Positions 43,866 through 54,580 of a stretch of 64,000 nt of DNA are shown here, piece by piece. A program made the translations under genes and the position numbers. This DNA comes from a bacterium (GTDB lineage Bacteria; Bacteroidota; Rhodothermia; Balneolales; M1805): assembly GCA_006226965.1 (NCBI GenBank), contig SBGQ01000167.1, positions 21,484-85,483 of the forward strand. Reading direction: 5' to 3'. Each line of letters opens with the position of its first letter. Positions within the stretch are counted from its first letter, which is position 1. The notes beneath the pieces were generated by a model that saw nothing but the letters and a program-made list of their open reading frames with translations, ran no database searches and was not told where the DNA came from.

Positions 43866-46580
43866 ATGAAATCAACATTGCTAACACTTTTCGTAGTGTT
43901 TGGGGTAATTGTGCAGTCGCACGGACAAACATTTACCATGAACACCATCAATAAAGACGCGAATGCGGTATTAAAGTCTCAGAGTGATCGTATTCCCTAT
44001 CAACTCAATACCCAAATTTTTGAAGAGAATTTGGTCACACAAGGGGCAACAATTCAAGTTGAAATCCCAAGTGGTATGCAAAATCTGACCGTTACGCGCG
44101 TTTCTGAATTTGTGAAAGGTATAAAGTCGTACAGAGCCGTTTCTTCTGATGGGCAGATTTTTAGTTTTACGTATTCAAATGGTGCCTTAAATGGATTGTA
44201 TCATCAGTCTATTTCAAAAACGTTGGAGTTTACAACAAATAGAAACGATGGAGTAAGTTTTATTCGTGATGCTGTTAAACACGGTCAGTTTTGTTCTGAT
44301 GAAGAAGTTGTTGTTCCAACTATACAAACAGTTAATAAATCAACAAATGAATCAATAATTACTGCCGGACCATCAACTGACGGAAAAATTCCAAATAATG
44401 ATTTAGATGTAAACACTACGGTTGATGTATTGATAGTGTACACACCACGCGCAAAACAGTACTTTGTTGATAAGCCGGATGTTTATGAAAGTATTGATGC
44501 GGCAATTGCTCAAGAAATGAACCTAACTCAATCCGTTTTTGACAATACAAATACTCCCATTACCTATCGTGTGGTTCATTCGGAGATGGTGACTTTTGAT
44601 GAATACAGCTTGCCGGGATTTGATATCAATAATCAAGATACATGGGAAGGTCATTCTGAAAGAATTCTACGGAATTTGGTAAACGCTCCAGATTACAAGC
44701 CTTTCACAGAGGAGCCCAATGACGTTTTAGACGAAGTACATTCGATGAGAGATGAATATGGTGCAGATATAGTTGTTTTTGTTGGGGAGTTTAAGGGCTT
44801 TTCTTTGGGTTTTGTCAACACTGTCGAGGTAAAAGGTTATGATAAATTTATGTTTTCAGTAATTAGAGTTGATAATGTTGAAGGGGCTTATTATGTAGTT
44901 GCCCATGAGATGGGGCACAACTTTGGAATGGAACATTCGAGAACTCAAGGAGGTGAATTTGTGCCAAAAATAACTGGTGGGATTTATCAGGAAGCATTTG
45001 GGTTTCAAAATTATGAAGCAGATGCCTTTACAGTTATGTCTTATGGAAGTGAAGGCGCTAATAATAGAGTCCCTGTGTTTTCAAGTATGAGAAATCTGCA
45101 TAATGGTGTATTAATGGGCTCAGGCGAGCCGGAGAATATGTCGGATGTGGATTTAGCCTTTCGTAAAATGAAATCGGTTGTGTCTTCTTATCGACCGACT
45201 ACGTTCGAGCCTCCTGTTCCTGTGATGCCTACTACCCCGATTCAGATTCAATTGGATCAGGGAGATTCAACTACGGTGCCGTTTATGGTTCAAAATACCG
45301 GAGAGTCAGATTTACATTATTCTCTCGATTTTGAAATCATGGATCAACTTCCGGCAAAGATTGGACCTTCATCATCTGTTCTAAGTGATGAAAACGGATT
45401 GTTTGCAGACACATTACTTCACACAGGTTTTGAACAAAGTGAAGGTTTTACAATCGGTAAAATGCCCATTTCAAGAAATTGGAGAGTGCAAGGCGTTAAA
45501 GACGAAAATGATGAATCAGACACGAAAGAATTCAATATATCAGATGAAAATGCTGTTTATGGATCACAATTTGCTCGTTTTCAATCGGGTAATTCAATTG
45601 TTTTTAAACGTTTAGTATCTCCCTATTTAGGAGCCTTAACATTTGGTCAATATAAAGTGTCTTTTAAACTACGTATCCCCAATATAGAAGGGATAGAGAA
45701 TGAGGCTTTTTATGTCCGTTTGCAAGATGGTAAATCAACCTTTATTGCAGATGCTAGTTCTGGAATAAAAATTCAGAATGGTGAGGTAAGTATTTGGTTT
45801 ACTAATCGAAACACAAATGGATGGTGGCAGGAAACGAATGAAAAAGTGATTCCCGGTGAGTTCTATACCTTTGATATTTATTATGATACCGATATTGAAA
45901 GGAAAAGAATTTATATAAATGGAGAAGAAGTAACTTTTGGAAGTGTAGAACCGGCACCGATTAGGTCACGTTTTAGACTTAATTCCTATTCACCTTCACA
46001 ATTTGAATTCGGATTTGCAGAAGACATTTTTACCGGGAAAGGTCTCTATCCAACTAGTTATATGGATATCGATGATTTGACTATTATCAAGTATGATTCA
46101 CCTTACAAATGGATGGATGTAAAAGAACAATATGTAACCGTAAAGCCCGGCGAGTCTGGAACAAGTAATTTGGTTTTTAATGCAAAAGATAAAGCACCGG
46201 GAACGTATACTGTTAACATGACCGTAAAAACTAATAATGACGGTGAACATGTGTTTGATGTTCCTATTCAGCTCACCATTGCCGAAACCGTCTCCAACGA
46301 AAATGAAATGGGTATTGAGAAATTCGAGTTAGCTCAAAACTTCCCGAATCCGTTCAACCCAACAACAAAAATCTCGTTTTCAATTCCGCAAGCATCCAAT
46401 GTGCAATTACAGATTTTTGATATGCTGGGAAGAAATGTTGCAACAGTGCTGAATACGAATGTAGCCGCAGGAAAACATGATGTAGATTTTGATGCCAACC
46501 ACTTAGCGTCCGGTATGTATCTGTATCGCATTCAGGCAGGGACCTATTCAGCAACCCGAAAAATGATGCTGATTAAGTAA
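43866..46580 (+). CDS. secreted metzincin-type zinc metalloprotease with a T9SS C-terminal sorting domain
   Basis: 904 aa. Signal peptide, HEMGHNFGMEH (HExxHxxGxxH), and a C-terminal ~80 aa FPNPFNPTTKISFSIP...GMYLYRIQAG...KMMLIK typical of type-A Por/T9SS tails. Confidence 0.8.
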   Translation: MKSTLLTLFVVFGVIVQSHGQTFTMNTINKDANAVLKSQSDRIPYQLNTQIFEENLVTQGATIQVEIPSGMQNLTVTRVSEFVKGIKSYRAVSSDGQIFSFTYSNGALNGLYHQSISKTLEFTTNRNDGVSFIRDAVKHGQFCSDEEVVVPTIQTVNKSTNESIITAGPSTDGKIPNNDLDVNTTVDVLIVYTPRAKQYFVDKPDVYESIDAAIAQEMNLTQSVFDNTNTPITYRVVHSEMVTFDEYSLPGFDINNQDTWEGHSERILRNLVNAPDYKPFTEEPNDVLDEVHSMRDEYGADIVVFVGEFKGFSLGFVNTVEVKGYDKFMFSVIRVDNVEGAYYVVAHEMGHNFGMEHSRTQGGEFVPKITGGIYQEAFGFQNYEADAFTVMSYGSEGANNRVPVFSSMRNLHNGVLMGSGEPENMSDVDLAFRKMKSVVSSYRPTTFEPPVPVMPTTPIQIQLDQGDSTTVPFMVQNTGESDLHYSLDFEIMDQLPAKIGPSSSVLSDENGLFADTLLHTGFEQSEGFTIGKMPISRNWRVQGVKDENDESDTKEFNISDENAVYGSQFARFQSGNSIVFKRLVSPYLGALTFGQYKVSFKLRIPNIEGIENEAFYVRLQDGKSTFIADASSGIKIQNGEVSIWFTNRNTNGWWQETNEKVIPGEFYTFDIYYDTDIERKRIYINGEEVTFGSVEPAPIRSRFRLNSYSPSQFEFGFAEDIFTGKGLYPTSYMDIDDLTIIKYDSPYKWMDVKEQYVTVKPGESGTSNLVFNAKDKAPGTYTVNMTVKTNNDGEHVFDVPIQLTIAETVSNENEMGIEKFELAQNFPNPFNPTTKISFSIPQASNVQLQIFDMLGRNVATVLNTNVAAGKHDVDFDANHLASGMYLYRIQAGTYSATRKMMLIK

Positions 46581-46601
46581 GCTGGTTCAGTTGAAATGTT
46601 C

Positions 46602-46638
46602 AAAAGCTTGTCATCAAATTGATGGCAAGCTTTTTTTT
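46602..46638 (+). terminator. intrinsic terminator
   Basis: GCTTGTCATC (46606-46615) pairs with GATGGCAAGC (46621-46630) with one T-G pair, followed by eight T. Confidence 0.75.
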
Positions 46639-46692
46639 ATTACACAAATGTTGATTATCTATCGTGTTTAGAAATTTAACCCAATGGTAAAA

Positions 46693-47799
46693 TTAGTTTT
46701 TCGCCATTCGAAGCAGAATCACTAAATCAAAGCGATATTGTTTTAAACTTGGGTTTAATACTTTTGAAAAAGAGCGGAAGTTCACATCTGCCCAGCGGTC
46801 TTTGTTTTCAGAGTTTAGAAAAATAGTCACGTTTTTTGCCGTTAGAGGCTTCATGGCAGACTTATAAATAGTGTTTTCGGTTGCGAAGTCTTTTCCGTTG
46901 AAATAATCATAGAATAAAATTAAAGCCCAGCCAATTTCTGCAAAATGCCCGCCGACAGAAGTTGTTAAGTCTCCTGATTTAACTGCTTGCAGAGCATTTT
47001 TTGTCCAGTCGATTCCGCCAATAAAAACGTCCTTCCCTTGATGCAATCCTTTTTCTTCAAAAAATGTACTCGCTGTTAATGCCATGTCATCACTGGCTGC
47101 CCAAACAACAGAAATAGATGCTAATTCCGTTTCAGATTGCAGTTCTATTAAGGTTTGCTCAGAAGACCAATCCGTATGTATCAGGCGCTTAAAATTGACA
47201 GTAGGAAATTCTTGTAATGCTCTTTCTAGCCCCTTAACTCTTAATGCAGCGGAAACGTCGTTATCCTGAGCGGAAATGGCCAAAAGTGTAATCGACTTTT
47301 TACCTGAGGATTTAGCCGACTGAATGAGAGTCTTCGCTAATTCATACCCCGCATCTTCATCATCGGGAGTAACTTGCCCCAATAAAACGGGGTTGACAGT
47401 ACGGGTAGATTTCAGCTCTTCGCTATCCTCTAAGCCCATATTAACCAAAATGGTTGGTATAGAGTGTTTCTGCGCAATTTTTAAAAACCGATCACCTTGT
47501 CCAATCATTGATGGGAAAATATAACCATCCGGCTTAGGGTTTAGTTTAGCTGCTTTTTCCATGTCGCTTGCCATAGTATCGCCATTATCGTTGCTGTAAT
47601 AGACGAGGATATTCATGTCTAATTTTTCGGCAACGGATTGGCTAAAGTCTATCATTTCTGACCAAAAGGGATTGGATTTTTCACCCGGAGAAAAGACTGC
47701 AATTGTTTTTTTTGATTGAGCGAAACTGCCGGAAACTCCTAATATCAAGAATACGCAAGTGATGGCAATGAGTGATTTTTTTGAATGAAGACTTTTCAT
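46693..47799 (-). CDS. periplasmic binding protein, sugar-binding (RbsB/LacI-type) fold, orphan
   Basis: ATG at 47799 (MKSLHSKKSLIAITCVFLILGVSGSFAQ). Peripla_BP-like pattern (IAVFSPGEKSNPFW..., VNMG, AASDDMAL). No ABC permease or ATPase nearby. Confidence 0.6.
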   Translation of the reverse strand: MKSLHSKKSLIAITCVFLILGVSGSFAQSKKTIAVFSPGEKSNPFWSEMIDFSQSVAEKLDMNILVYYSNDNGDTMASDMEKAAKLNPKPDGYIFPSMIGQGDRFLKIAQKHSIPTILVNMGLEDSEELKSTRTVNPVLLGQVTPDDEDAGYELAKTLIQSAKSSGKKSITLLAISAQDNDVSAALRVKGLERALQEFPTVNFKRLIHTDWSSEQTLIELQSETELASISVVWAASDDMALTASTFFEEKGLHQGKDVFIGGIDWTKNALQAVKSGDLTTSVGGHFAEIGWALILFYDYFNGKDFATENTIYKSAMKPLTAKNVTIFLNSENKDRWADVNFRSFSKVLNPSLKQYRFDLVILLRMAKN

Positions 47800-47949
47800 A
47801 CGCTGTGCACCTTTAATCATTTATTTAACGTCCAATAGAGTACGAAAAAGTACTTTTTTAAACAGTTAAAACCAATAACACAATTAGTGTTTAACCAACG
47901 ATAAAATTAGCGTTGATGCACAACTACAGATATGTAAAGGAGTGACGAC

Positions 47950-48564
47950 TTACTTATGTCTTCTTTTCAGTTCTTCAATCAAACGATGTAAAGGAATTTC
48001 TTTTTGCACACAAAGTAAAGTTAAGTGAAAGAGTAAATCTGATGCTTCATAAACAAACTCTCCTTCGTCTTCATTCTTAGAGGCAATAACCGTTTCCACG
48101 GCTTCTTCGCCAACTTTTTGGGCAATTTTATCTAATCCTTTGCCAAACATTTTTGTGGTGTAGGAACCTTCGGGTCTGTTTGCTTTTCGGTCGTACAAAA
48201 GAGTTTCCAGTTCAGCTAAAAAAGAGAGTTCTGTTCCTTTGCTTACATCTTCTAGTTCATGAAAACAACTTGTTTTTCCGGTATGGCAGGTTGGGCCGTC
48301 GGGTTTAGCCAGAACCAATAATGTATCTTGGTCGCAATCAGCTTGTATGGATTCCAAATGCAGGAAATTCCCGGAAGATTCGCCTTTTACCCAAATGCGA
48401 TTTTTACTTCTGCTGAAAAAAGTAACCTTACGAGTGCTTAATGTTAATTTTAGGGCTTCTTGGTTCATATAGCCTAACATAAGAACTTGGGAAGTGGTTG
48501 AGTCTTGTACAATTACGGGGAGTAAGCCACTATTTTTTGTAAAGTCTAATTGCGTTAAATCCAT
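47950..48564 (-). CDS. hisIE: bifunctional phosphoribosyl-AMP cyclohydrolase / phosphoribosyl-ATP diphosphatase
   Basis: 204 aa. HisI part (GLLPVIVQD...MLGYMNQEAL, CDQDTLL) and HisE part (YTTKMFGKGLDKIAQKVGEEAVE). Isolated from other his genes. Confidence 0.9.
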   Translation of the reverse strand: MDLTQLDFTKNSGLLPVIVQDSTTSQVLMLGYMNQEALKLTLSTRKVTFFSRSKNRIWVKGESSGNFLHLESIQADCDQDTLLVLAKPDGPTCHTGKTSCFHELEDVSKGTELSFLAELETLLYDRKANRPEGSYTTKMFGKGLDKIAQKVGEEAVETVIASKNEDEGEFVYEASDLLFHLTLLCVQKEIPLHRLIEELKRRHK

Positions 48565-48626
48565 TTATATAATGCTTATAAAGTGACTGTTTTTTATTAG
48601 ATTCCAATCAAGCAAAAAATCGCGCT

Positions 48627-51600
48627 ATGATGGATGTGTTTAAGAAAATTTTACAGGGTGTATTTGTTGTCGTATTGTTCTTAGGGAATACGTCTGTTTA
48701 TGCACAGAAAAAATACGAATTATCGTTCAGAGAAATCAGCCTGGAACAAGGTTTATCTCAAAGTACGGTCACATCTATTGTTCAAGATACAATCGGTTTT
48801 TTATGGGTTGGTACTAATGATGGTTTAAACAGGTACGACGGGCTTTCCATCAAAGTATATAATTACGAAAGTAATAATGAACATTCCCTCTCGAATGGTT
48901 GGATTAATGGAATGTTGTATGATAAAAGCGGACGTTTGTGGATTGCAACAAACAGAGGTTTAAATATTTATGATTATAAGACGGATGGGTTTAAACATGT
49001 ATTTAGCGATACTACAAAAGCTGATACCTTAAGAGGCTTGCCGGATAATTACGTATCGGATATCACCTCTGATAGTAAAGACAGGATTTGGATAACTACA
49101 CAATATGGTGTGGTTTATACATACGACGGTGACACCTTTTTCAAGCCTCCGTTTTTAAAGTTAAAAGATTTTCCTACTGATTATGTGAATTTGGTATATG
49201 AAGACAGCAGAGGAGATTTATGGTTAGGTTTGTATAGAAAAGGATTGGTTAGAGTAAGTTCAGATTTCAAGACGTTTGAACATTACAATACGATAAAAGT
49301 TGATAATGAAGATTTAGTTATTACAGGTGTAGCTTCGTTAATTGAAGACCCCGTAACGCATAAATTGTGGATCGGTTCGCGCCAGCTTGGTTTACATGCG
49401 TTTGATGTGCAAACAAAAGCTGCTAAATATTATTCTAATCCGTTAGATGAAGAAAACCAATACAGCGTTAATGCACGAGCGCTTTTATTCGACAATCAGA
49501 AAGAGTTTTGGGTGGGAAGCAGCCAAGGTTTATTCAAGTTCAACAGAAAAAAAGATGCATTCGAACCCTTATTCAAAAAAAATGAAGACGGTACGCACAC
49601 TAAAGTGCAGCATTTATTTATTGATATGTCTAATAATCTATGGGTTGGTACTGAAATTGCGGGCTTATATACCAGTGATTTAAAGCCACGTAAATTTAAT
49701 CTCGTAGATAAGACATTGCTTTCAAATCCGGTAATTTGGTCCATTTTTGAAGATGTTGACGGCCAAACTTGGTATGCTACGGAAAAAGGAATAACCGTAT
49801 TAAACAAACAGAAAAACAAGAGCAGTTTTGTTCTGGAAAATACCAATGAGCCTCTAATTTCAAGAGGTGATTATGTAATAACACTAACGGGAAATAAGGA
49901 TAAGATTTGGGCCGGTACCACATTTTCCGGAGTGATTGAAATTGACAGGAAAACTAAGAAATACACGTTTATTCAACCCGGTATTTATACAAAATCACCG
50001 TTTATAAATGTGGTAAAGTATTCTAATCGCAGAAACGAGTTAATAGTAGGAAGTTTCGAAGGTCTGGGTATTTATAACTTTAATACAGAAACGTTTTCAT
50101 GGTATACCAGTCACGCCAATGACTCTTTAGGCATATTAAATACTGATGTAATTTGGAGTATTTTTATTGATAAAGCTGCCCAAATTTGGTTTACGCATGA
50201 TTTAGGGGTGAGCTGTTTAAATCCGGAAACCAATCAAATTAAACATATAAATCCGTTTTTAGCTACGGAAGCTCCAAACAGAAGTCGTGCAACGAATGTT
50301 ATTACTGAAGACAAACTCGGATTCATGTGGATAGGTACTGAAAACAGTTTAATTCAATACCATCCCGAGCAGGATAGCGTTTATTACACGTTTACAATGG
50401 AAGACGGATTAGCAAACAGTTATATCTACTCCATCTTGATTGATAATACAAATGCAATTTGGGTTGGTACAAACAAAGGCTTATCTCAATTAACTCCCGA
50501 TACTGAGAGCAGACATCAATACAGTGTTCGGAATTTTGGAATTAACGACGGCTTACAATCATCGGAGTTCAACTTTAACGCTTTTGCAAGACAACAAGAC
50601 GGCTATTTTGTATTTGGCGGAATTAATGGTGTAAACTTTTTTCACCCGGATAGCATCAAATACAATCATTATAAAACACCGGGTTACATTTCTCAGATAA
50701 GTATCAACAACGGTAAAAATGTTGAGTCTTTTAACCTGTTTCAAACGAAGCGAGTTTCGTATAAATACGGACCGAATGTGTACGAAATTAGCTTACACGC
50801 CTTAGAATACTCTGTTCCAAGCAAAAATAAATATGTGTATCGCTTAAAAGGTTTTGAAACAGCTTGGAACGAGCAGATTGGAAAAAACAAAGTTATTTAT
50901 ACCAATTTGAGTCCCAAAACGTACACGTTCGAGTTGAAAGTGGCGAATAGCGACAATGTTTTTTCACATGAAATATCTACGGTTGAATTAGAAATTATTC
51001 CGCCATTTTATCTAACCAAAACCTTCTATGTTCTTGTTTTGGTTCTTTTAGTCGCGTTTATTTTTGTAGGAGTCAACTACAGGGAAAGAAAGCTCAAGCA
51101 AATTAACGAACATCTTGAAGCAGAAGTTCAGGTACGTGCTAAAGACTTGGAAAAGAACCAATTCATATTTAAGCAGATTTCTGATAATGCCGCAGATTTG
51201 ATTTCAATGTTAGACGGCAACGGAATGTTTATTTACGCGAGCCCTTCGCATGAAATGCTTTTGGGGTTCTCGGAAGAAGAACTAAAAAACAAAGATTTGT
51301 TCGATTTAATTCATAAAGATGATGTAGATCGCATTAAAGCAGAAATGCATAAACTACGAGCCGAAGGTACAATTACGTTTTCCGAATACCGAATGAAGCA
51401 TAAAAATGGGACATGGCGTTCGTATCAAACGGCCGGTTCAATTATTCGATATGATGAAGACAAAAACGATGATGCGCGCTATGTAATGATTTCGCACGAC
51501 ATTACGCGCCAAAAACGCATAGAGAACTATTTAATAGAATCCAAAAACGAAGCGCAGCGAGCAAACCAAGCCAAATCAGCATTTTTAGCAGGTATTTCGC

Positions 51601-53012
51601 ACGAATTACGTACTCCGTTGAATGCGATTCTTGGTTTTTCACAGATTTTAGTAAAAGAAACTAACCTTACTTTAAAACAAGCCGCTTACGTTGAAACCAT
51701 GCTCAAAAGTGGTAACCACTTGTTGGATATGATTAACGAGGTGTTAGATATTTCGCGTATTGAAGCCGGACGTATGCCTGTGAACTATGATAATTTTTCA
51801 CTACGTCAAATGTTTAAGGATATTGAAAGTATCTTTAAGTTGGATGTTCAGCAAAAAGGCCTTGAGTTACATACACATTACGAATTAGGTTTACCTGATT
51901 ACTGCTTTACTGATGCAGGGAAATTGCGCCAGATTTTAATCAACTTAATTGGGAATGCCCTCAAATTCACTGATTCGGGATACATACGTTTACATGTTTC
52001 TTCTGAATCCATTCAAATTCACCCCAAATTGCAGTGGAGCGATTTAATTGATGCTGCAGACCGCTCTCATTCTACAGGTTCTCGCCGATTGGCTCTAAAA
52101 TTTGTGATTGAAGACACGGGACGCGGAATCCCACAAGACAAGTTAGAACAGATTTTCGAGCCGTTTCAACAAGCCAACACAGAGAAAAATTACAACGAAG
52201 GAACAGGTTTAGGTCTGGCAATATCTTCTCGCTTATTGAAACTGTTGGGAGGTTCTGTTGAAGTGAAAAGCGAGATTGATAAAGGTTCAATTTTTGAATG
52301 CCTGATTCCGATTCTGGTTGTTGACACACCGTCTTTAGTAATTACCGATACATCAAAACGAATAGTCGGAATCGAGAATTTAAAGAACCCGAAAGTGTTA
52401 TTGGTTGATGATATCGAATACAACCACACCTTATTGCAAGATATTTTAGAGCCAATCGGGTTTATTTGTGCAAAGGTTTACAATGGAAAAGAAGCCGTAA
52501 AAATGGCAGAATCGTTTTCACCGGATTTAATTCTTATGGACTTAAAAATGCCGGTTATGGACGGGGTGAAATCAACGAAAACCATTCGGACATCTTTCGG
52601 AAAACAAATAAAAATTATTGCGATTTCGGCGAGCGGATTTTATGATAACGACTTAGAAAGAAAAGCTGCCGGATTTGACGATTTTATCCTAAAACCATTC
52701 AAAGAATCGGTTTTACTTTCATCAATCGCAAAAGTGTTGAATATCAATTACGTGTATGAAGATGATCTTCCGGAAAAGGTACTAACCAGTGAAGATGTAA
52801 AACAGGCAATGCTTTATAAAGAGATTAAAGAACTGGAAGAAAGGTTACCTGAATTTTGGGACGCTGTAGAACTAATGGATTGGGAAAAAGTAGAAGAAAT
52901 TTATGCAAAGCTTCATCCGACATCAGAGTTAAGTTCCTATTTAGGTGATGCGTTGTTAAACAAAGATTTTATGGCGCTTATTAAACTCACAGAAAAGTGG
53001 AAAGTTGATTAA
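48627..53012 (+). CDS. hybrid sensor histidine kinase/response regulator with propeller/Y_Y_Y periplasmic region and PAS domain
   Basis: 1461 aa. Signal peptide, propeller repeats (LWVGT, WIAT...), TM helix, PAS domain, H-box ISHELRTPLNAI, HATPase (GTGLGLAIS), REC (DLILMDLKMPVMDG), and a ~110-aa helical tail. Confidence 0.9.
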   Translation: MMDVFKKILQGVFVVVLFLGNTSVYAQKKYELSFREISLEQGLSQSTVTSIVQDTIGFLWVGTNDGLNRYDGLSIKVYNYESNNEHSLSNGWINGMLYDKSGRLWIATNRGLNIYDYKTDGFKHVFSDTTKADTLRGLPDNYVSDITSDSKDRIWITTQYGVVYTYDGDTFFKPPFLKLKDFPTDYVNLVYEDSRGDLWLGLYRKGLVRVSSDFKTFEHYNTIKVDNEDLVITGVASLIEDPVTHKLWIGSRQLGLHAFDVQTKAAKYYSNPLDEENQYSVNARALLFDNQKEFWVGSSQGLFKFNRKKDAFEPLFKKNEDGTHTKVQHLFIDMSNNLWVGTEIAGLYTSDLKPRKFNLVDKTLLSNPVIWSIFEDVDGQTWYATEKGITVLNKQKNKSSFVLENTNEPLISRGDYVITLTGNKDKIWAGTTFSGVIEIDRKTKKYTFIQPGIYTKSPFINVVKYSNRRNELIVGSFEGLGIYNFNTETFSWYTSHANDSLGILNTDVIWSIFIDKAAQIWFTHDLGVSCLNPETNQIKHINPFLATEAPNRSRATNVITEDKLGFMWIGTENSLIQYHPEQDSVYYTFTMEDGLANSYIYSILIDNTNAIWVGTNKGLSQLTPDTESRHQYSVRNFGINDGLQSSEFNFNAFARQQDGYFVFGGINGVNFFHPDSIKYNHYKTPGYISQISINNGKNVESFNLFQTKRVSYKYGPNVYEISLHALEYSVPSKNKYVYRLKGFETAWNEQIGKNKVIYTNLSPKTYTFELKVANSDNVFSHEISTVELEIIPPFYLTKTFYVLVLVLLVAFIFVGVNYRERKLKQINEHLEAEVQVRAKDLEKNQFIFKQISDNAADLISMLDGNGMFIYASPSHEMLLGFSEEELKNKDLFDLIHKDDVDRIKAEMHKLRAEGTITFSEYRMKHKNGTWRSYQTAGSIIRYDEDKNDDARYVMISHDITRQKRIENYLIESKNEAQRANQAKSAFLAGISHELRTPLNAILGFSQILVKETNLTLKQAAYVETMLKSGNHLLDMINEVLDISRIEAGRMPVNYDNFSLRQMFKDIESIFKLDVQQKGLELHTHYELGLPDYCFTDAGKLRQILINLIGNALKFTDSGYIRLHVSSESIQIHPKLQWSDLIDAADRSHSTGSRRLALKFVIEDTGRGIPQDKLEQIFEPFQQANTEKNYNEGTGLGLAISSRLLKLLGGSVEVKSEIDKGSIFECLIPILVVDTPSLVITDTSKRIVGIENLKNPKVLLVDDIEYNHTLLQDILEPIGFICAKVYNGKEAVKMAESFSPDLILMDLKMPVMDGVKSTKTIRTSFGKQIKIIAISASGFYDNDLERKAAGFDDFILKPFKESVLLSSIAKVLNINYVYEDDLPEKVLTSEDVKQAMLYKEIKELEERLPEFWDAVELMDWEKVEEIYAKLHPTSELSSYLGDALLNKDFMALIKLTEKWKVD

Positions 53013-53016
53013 CAAC

Positions 53017-54489
53017 TTAATGTCTTCCGCCAAAAATCGCGACAATTTCATTGAATAGGTTAGAGCCCAACTTACTGAACATATTCTTGTAGTCTGAGCT
53101 CAAAAATGCCATCACTTTACGCATGTCGTTTAATAAATGCGGGGGATTATTGGTTAATGTGTCTTCATCAACTATTGTATTCCAATCTAAACTACTAGAG
53201 AATTTTACTCCGTTTTTCTGCATCAGTCGAATAAATCCTGCCGCCAATAAACCATAAGCAATTGTTGTGGGATGAATACCATCTAAGGTGAAAATCCCGC
53301 CCGTTTTTAGTTGTCCCGTTTCCGGAATAATATTCGGATACTCGGTATTTAATAGGATTTTATCGCGGGAGTTTACTAAGTGACGAGTAGTAGAATTGGC
53401 TTTTAAGGCTCTTAATAATCCTTTTGGAAATATTTTATCCTGAGGAAGCGTTCTGAGATTGGGGTTTAATTGTGTTACGATTTCATCAACCCGAAGCACA
53501 TGCCAACCATTTTTTTCTGCTACTTCACAAATTATTTGATTGTATTGATGCGCATAGGTTTCCAATAAATTCACATCTGCTTCCATTAAGTGAGGATGTA
53601 AATCAGGATTAAAATCGGTTTCCTGAACCCAAACATGAGTAAAGTAAGTTGTGTTGTTAAACACGACTTTTTTCAAAAGTGGTGCTTGTGTGATGATGGG
53701 TATAGTCGCTGTGTATACGTGTTTTACATGGAGAGAATTCACTTTTTCAGCCAGTTTTTCATAGGCTTTCCGAAAAACAGTAGGCGGATAAACCGTTGCA
53801 TCACGCTCAAATGGTTGTTTACTTAAATCGGTTTCATCAGCTACTCGAATACTTAAATCTGTTATGGCGCCAACCAGATTGTTTGAACCCAAATACACAA
53901 TGAGGTTTTCAATTCCGCCATGTTCTGAAAACCATTCTACATTGGAGAATAAGGTGTTTTTATAGCCCAATGCAGAAAAGTTTGGGTTAATTATTCGTCG
54001 CCCTGCTGTATAAAATGCATTGTGAGCCAATAAGTTGAAGTAAGAATCGTCTTCTTTGCTTACTTCGATATAGGCTTTGCAAACGGCATCAGAAAGATTG
54101 AGCGCATCGGAAATAGTTGCACTAAATAGACTCTGATTGTGAAAAGGCATATCATCGTGTTGGGTACGGAGTGATACTACTTTTCCTTCCCAATATTTCT
54201 TTATTCGTAGCAGTGTTTGAAGCGTGTGCTGTGTTACTCCGACTGTTTCATCCCATGTAATGTCCTCGCCGTAAACATCCTCAATTCCTCTTAGTAACAC
54301 TTCAACATTAATGGGCAGACCAGCCTGAGCTGTAAAATTAGCTTGGTTAAATGGAGCACCCAGTGCTTTTGCTATAAATGCCGGATAACTTAAATCTGTT
54401 CGATATATCGCCCCGCTTTGAAAACCCTGTGTGAGGGAATCGCCCAATGTAACCAATCGGTGTTTGTATGAAGGATGTTTCAGAAACAT
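53017..54489 (-). CDS. SGNH/GDSL-family hydrolase, unusually long, with no obvious signal peptide
   Basis: 490 aa with block I LVTLGDSLTQG, block III YLGSNN and block V LDGIHPT. There is a large insertion between the blocks. Confidence 0.6.
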   Translation of the reverse strand: MFLKHPSYKHRLVTLGDSLTQGFQSGAIYRTDLSYPAFIAKALGAPFNQANFTAQAGLPINVEVLLRGIEDVYGEDITWDETVGVTQHTLQTLLRIKKYWEGKVVSLRTQHDDMPFHNQSLFSATISDALNLSDAVCKAYIEVSKEDDSYFNLLAHNAFYTAGRRIINPNFSALGYKNTLFSNVEWFSEHGGIENLIVYLGSNNLVGAITDLSIRVADETDLSKQPFERDATVYPPTVFRKAYEKLAEKVNSLHVKHVYTATIPIITQAPLLKKVVFNNTTYFTHVWVQETDFNPDLHPHLMEADVNLLETYAHQYNQIICEVAEKNGWHVLRVDEIVTQLNPNLRTLPQDKIFPKGLLRALKANSTTRHLVNSRDKILLNTEYPNIIPETGQLKTGGIFTLDGIHPTTIAYGLLAAGFIRLMQKNGVKFSSSLDWNTIVDEDTLTNNPPHLLNDMRKVMAFLSSDYKNMFSKLGSNLFNEIVAIFGGRH

Positions 54490-54580
54490 GAAAAAGCTAT
54501 CTAAGTAATTGGGGGCATGATATCATTTCGGGGAAATAAAAAGTAGTATCTTTTCGAAAAAAATTAAGTATTGGATTCGC

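Noticed and set aside
47835-47862. Terminator-like AGTAC-gaaaa-GTACT plus T6 between the binding-protein gene and hisIE.
   Set aside because: The stem is only 5 bp. The U-run is on the plus strand, where no gene ends. It does not have a U-run in the orientation needed for hisIE.
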